Positions 62,870 through 64,000 of a DNA stretch of 64,000 nucleotides are shown one piece after another. Below the pieces are notes generated by a model, which worked only from the letters and a program-made list of their open reading frames with translations, did no database searches and was not told where the DNA came from. Every line of letters starts with the position of its first letter. Within the stretch, counting starts at the first letter, position 1. The translations under genes and the position numbers were made by a program. The stretch is from Mobula hypostoma. Lineage: Eukaryota. Where the stretch lies: contig NC_086109.1 of NCBI RefSeq assembly GCF_963921235.1, positions 8,062,001 through 8,126,000 on the forward strand, written 5' to 3'.

Positions 62870-64000
62870 TCATTTCCCGCCTCTGTCAGTACGTTTTGCT
62901 CACGACTGCCTGGGGGTTTCCTCCAGGTGCTCTGGTTTCCTCCCACGTTCCAAAGTTGTACAGGTTAGTAGGCTAATTAGTCACTTGGGCAGCAGGGGCT
63001 CTTTGGGCTAGAAGGGTTCGTTACTGTGCTGTATCTCTGAATATTTATCTGTTCCTCACCCACAGCAGGAGCCAGAGTTGTTTTCTTATAATTATGCTGT
63101 CTTAGTAGTTGCAAGTAAATGGCGGGTGTGATGATTGAATTTTCGTCCCTTTAATTTTCTTTACAGAATTAGTGGACTCTCTATATTTAGATGCCACAGT
63201 AGTGTTGTGGTTTACTTATTTACTGCCTGTTACGCCATTGGCTGTTTCTCTAACAATTTTGATTGACCAGTCAATGTTGTTAGCCCTGAAACTGGAGGAC
63301 CGGTGGACCAGTCTTAGTCTGGGCTCTGCCCTTTGACCTGTTTGGCATGGGTGACCCTCCCAAGAGCCAAACCCCAAGGCCCTGACTCCAGCCAGCATAG
63401 CTCTCCAGGTCACTGAGGCACAGAAGCCTTCAAACCCTACGTCAGGGATGAGGTCCGCATGGAGGAGCGTAGTGATTGGTGCGACACCATTGTAGCTCAG
63501 AGCATTCTGAAGTTCTGAGTCCGATTTCGCTGTCGTTCTGAAAGGGGTCTCTGTAGAGTTGAGTTTTCCCCGGGCGTTCCAGTTTCCTCCAATAGTCCAA
63601 AGATGTACAGGGTAGGTTAATAGGTGGTTGTAAAGTTGTCCCGTGATTAGGTTAGGGTTGATTGGGGTTGTGAGGTTGCTGGGACGGCGTGACAGGAAGG
63701 GCAGGAAGGACCTACTCTGCACTGTATCGCTAAATAAAAATAAATCAATATTTAGTGCCTGTGAGTTGTCTTTTTCAGTTTAACTAAATTAAAGATTATG
63801 AAATGAAAGTAGCACATTAAATAGGTGGGTTGAGTTCAGCTTGAATCAAAATGGAAACTTGGCTCAAACTTTATACCAACCAAAGGAGGGGATAAAATTA
63901 TAATGGATGTGTGTGTAAACTTAAGACTGTAAGTGAAGTTAAAGCAGTGTTTAAGAGAAGAGCACTGAGAACCTGTAATTTTCCTGTCAAGCAGCGATCC

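Overview
This is repeat-dense, non-coding vertebrate DNA, most likely intronic or intergenic. The repeat inventory suggests a cartilaginous fish, probably a ray (inference only). I found no intact protein-coding gene; the ORFs I can assign come from decayed retroelements, transposases or low-complexity tracts. The window holds CR1, Rex1/Babar, L2 and L1 LINE fragments and a Neptune-like Penelope element (RT + GIY-YIG). It also holds an IR/DR Tc1 copy, hAT and Tc1 MITEs, a solo LTR with a 5-bp TSD, at least three SINE families and a 5S rRNA pseudogene. The most interesting signal is a dispersed family of Penelope pseudo-LTR units carrying minimal type I hammerhead ribozymes. These occur as mini-insertions with 12-14 bp TSDs and as inverted cassettes, one of which splits the Penelope RT itself. 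Other leads are a Tc1 derivative with a directly repeated terminus (two copies, same junction), a hAT MITE with apparent Tigger-like cargo, and a candidate 9-nt microexon of an unidentified + strand host gene. Family names come from motif recognition, not database searches, and most element edges are approximate.
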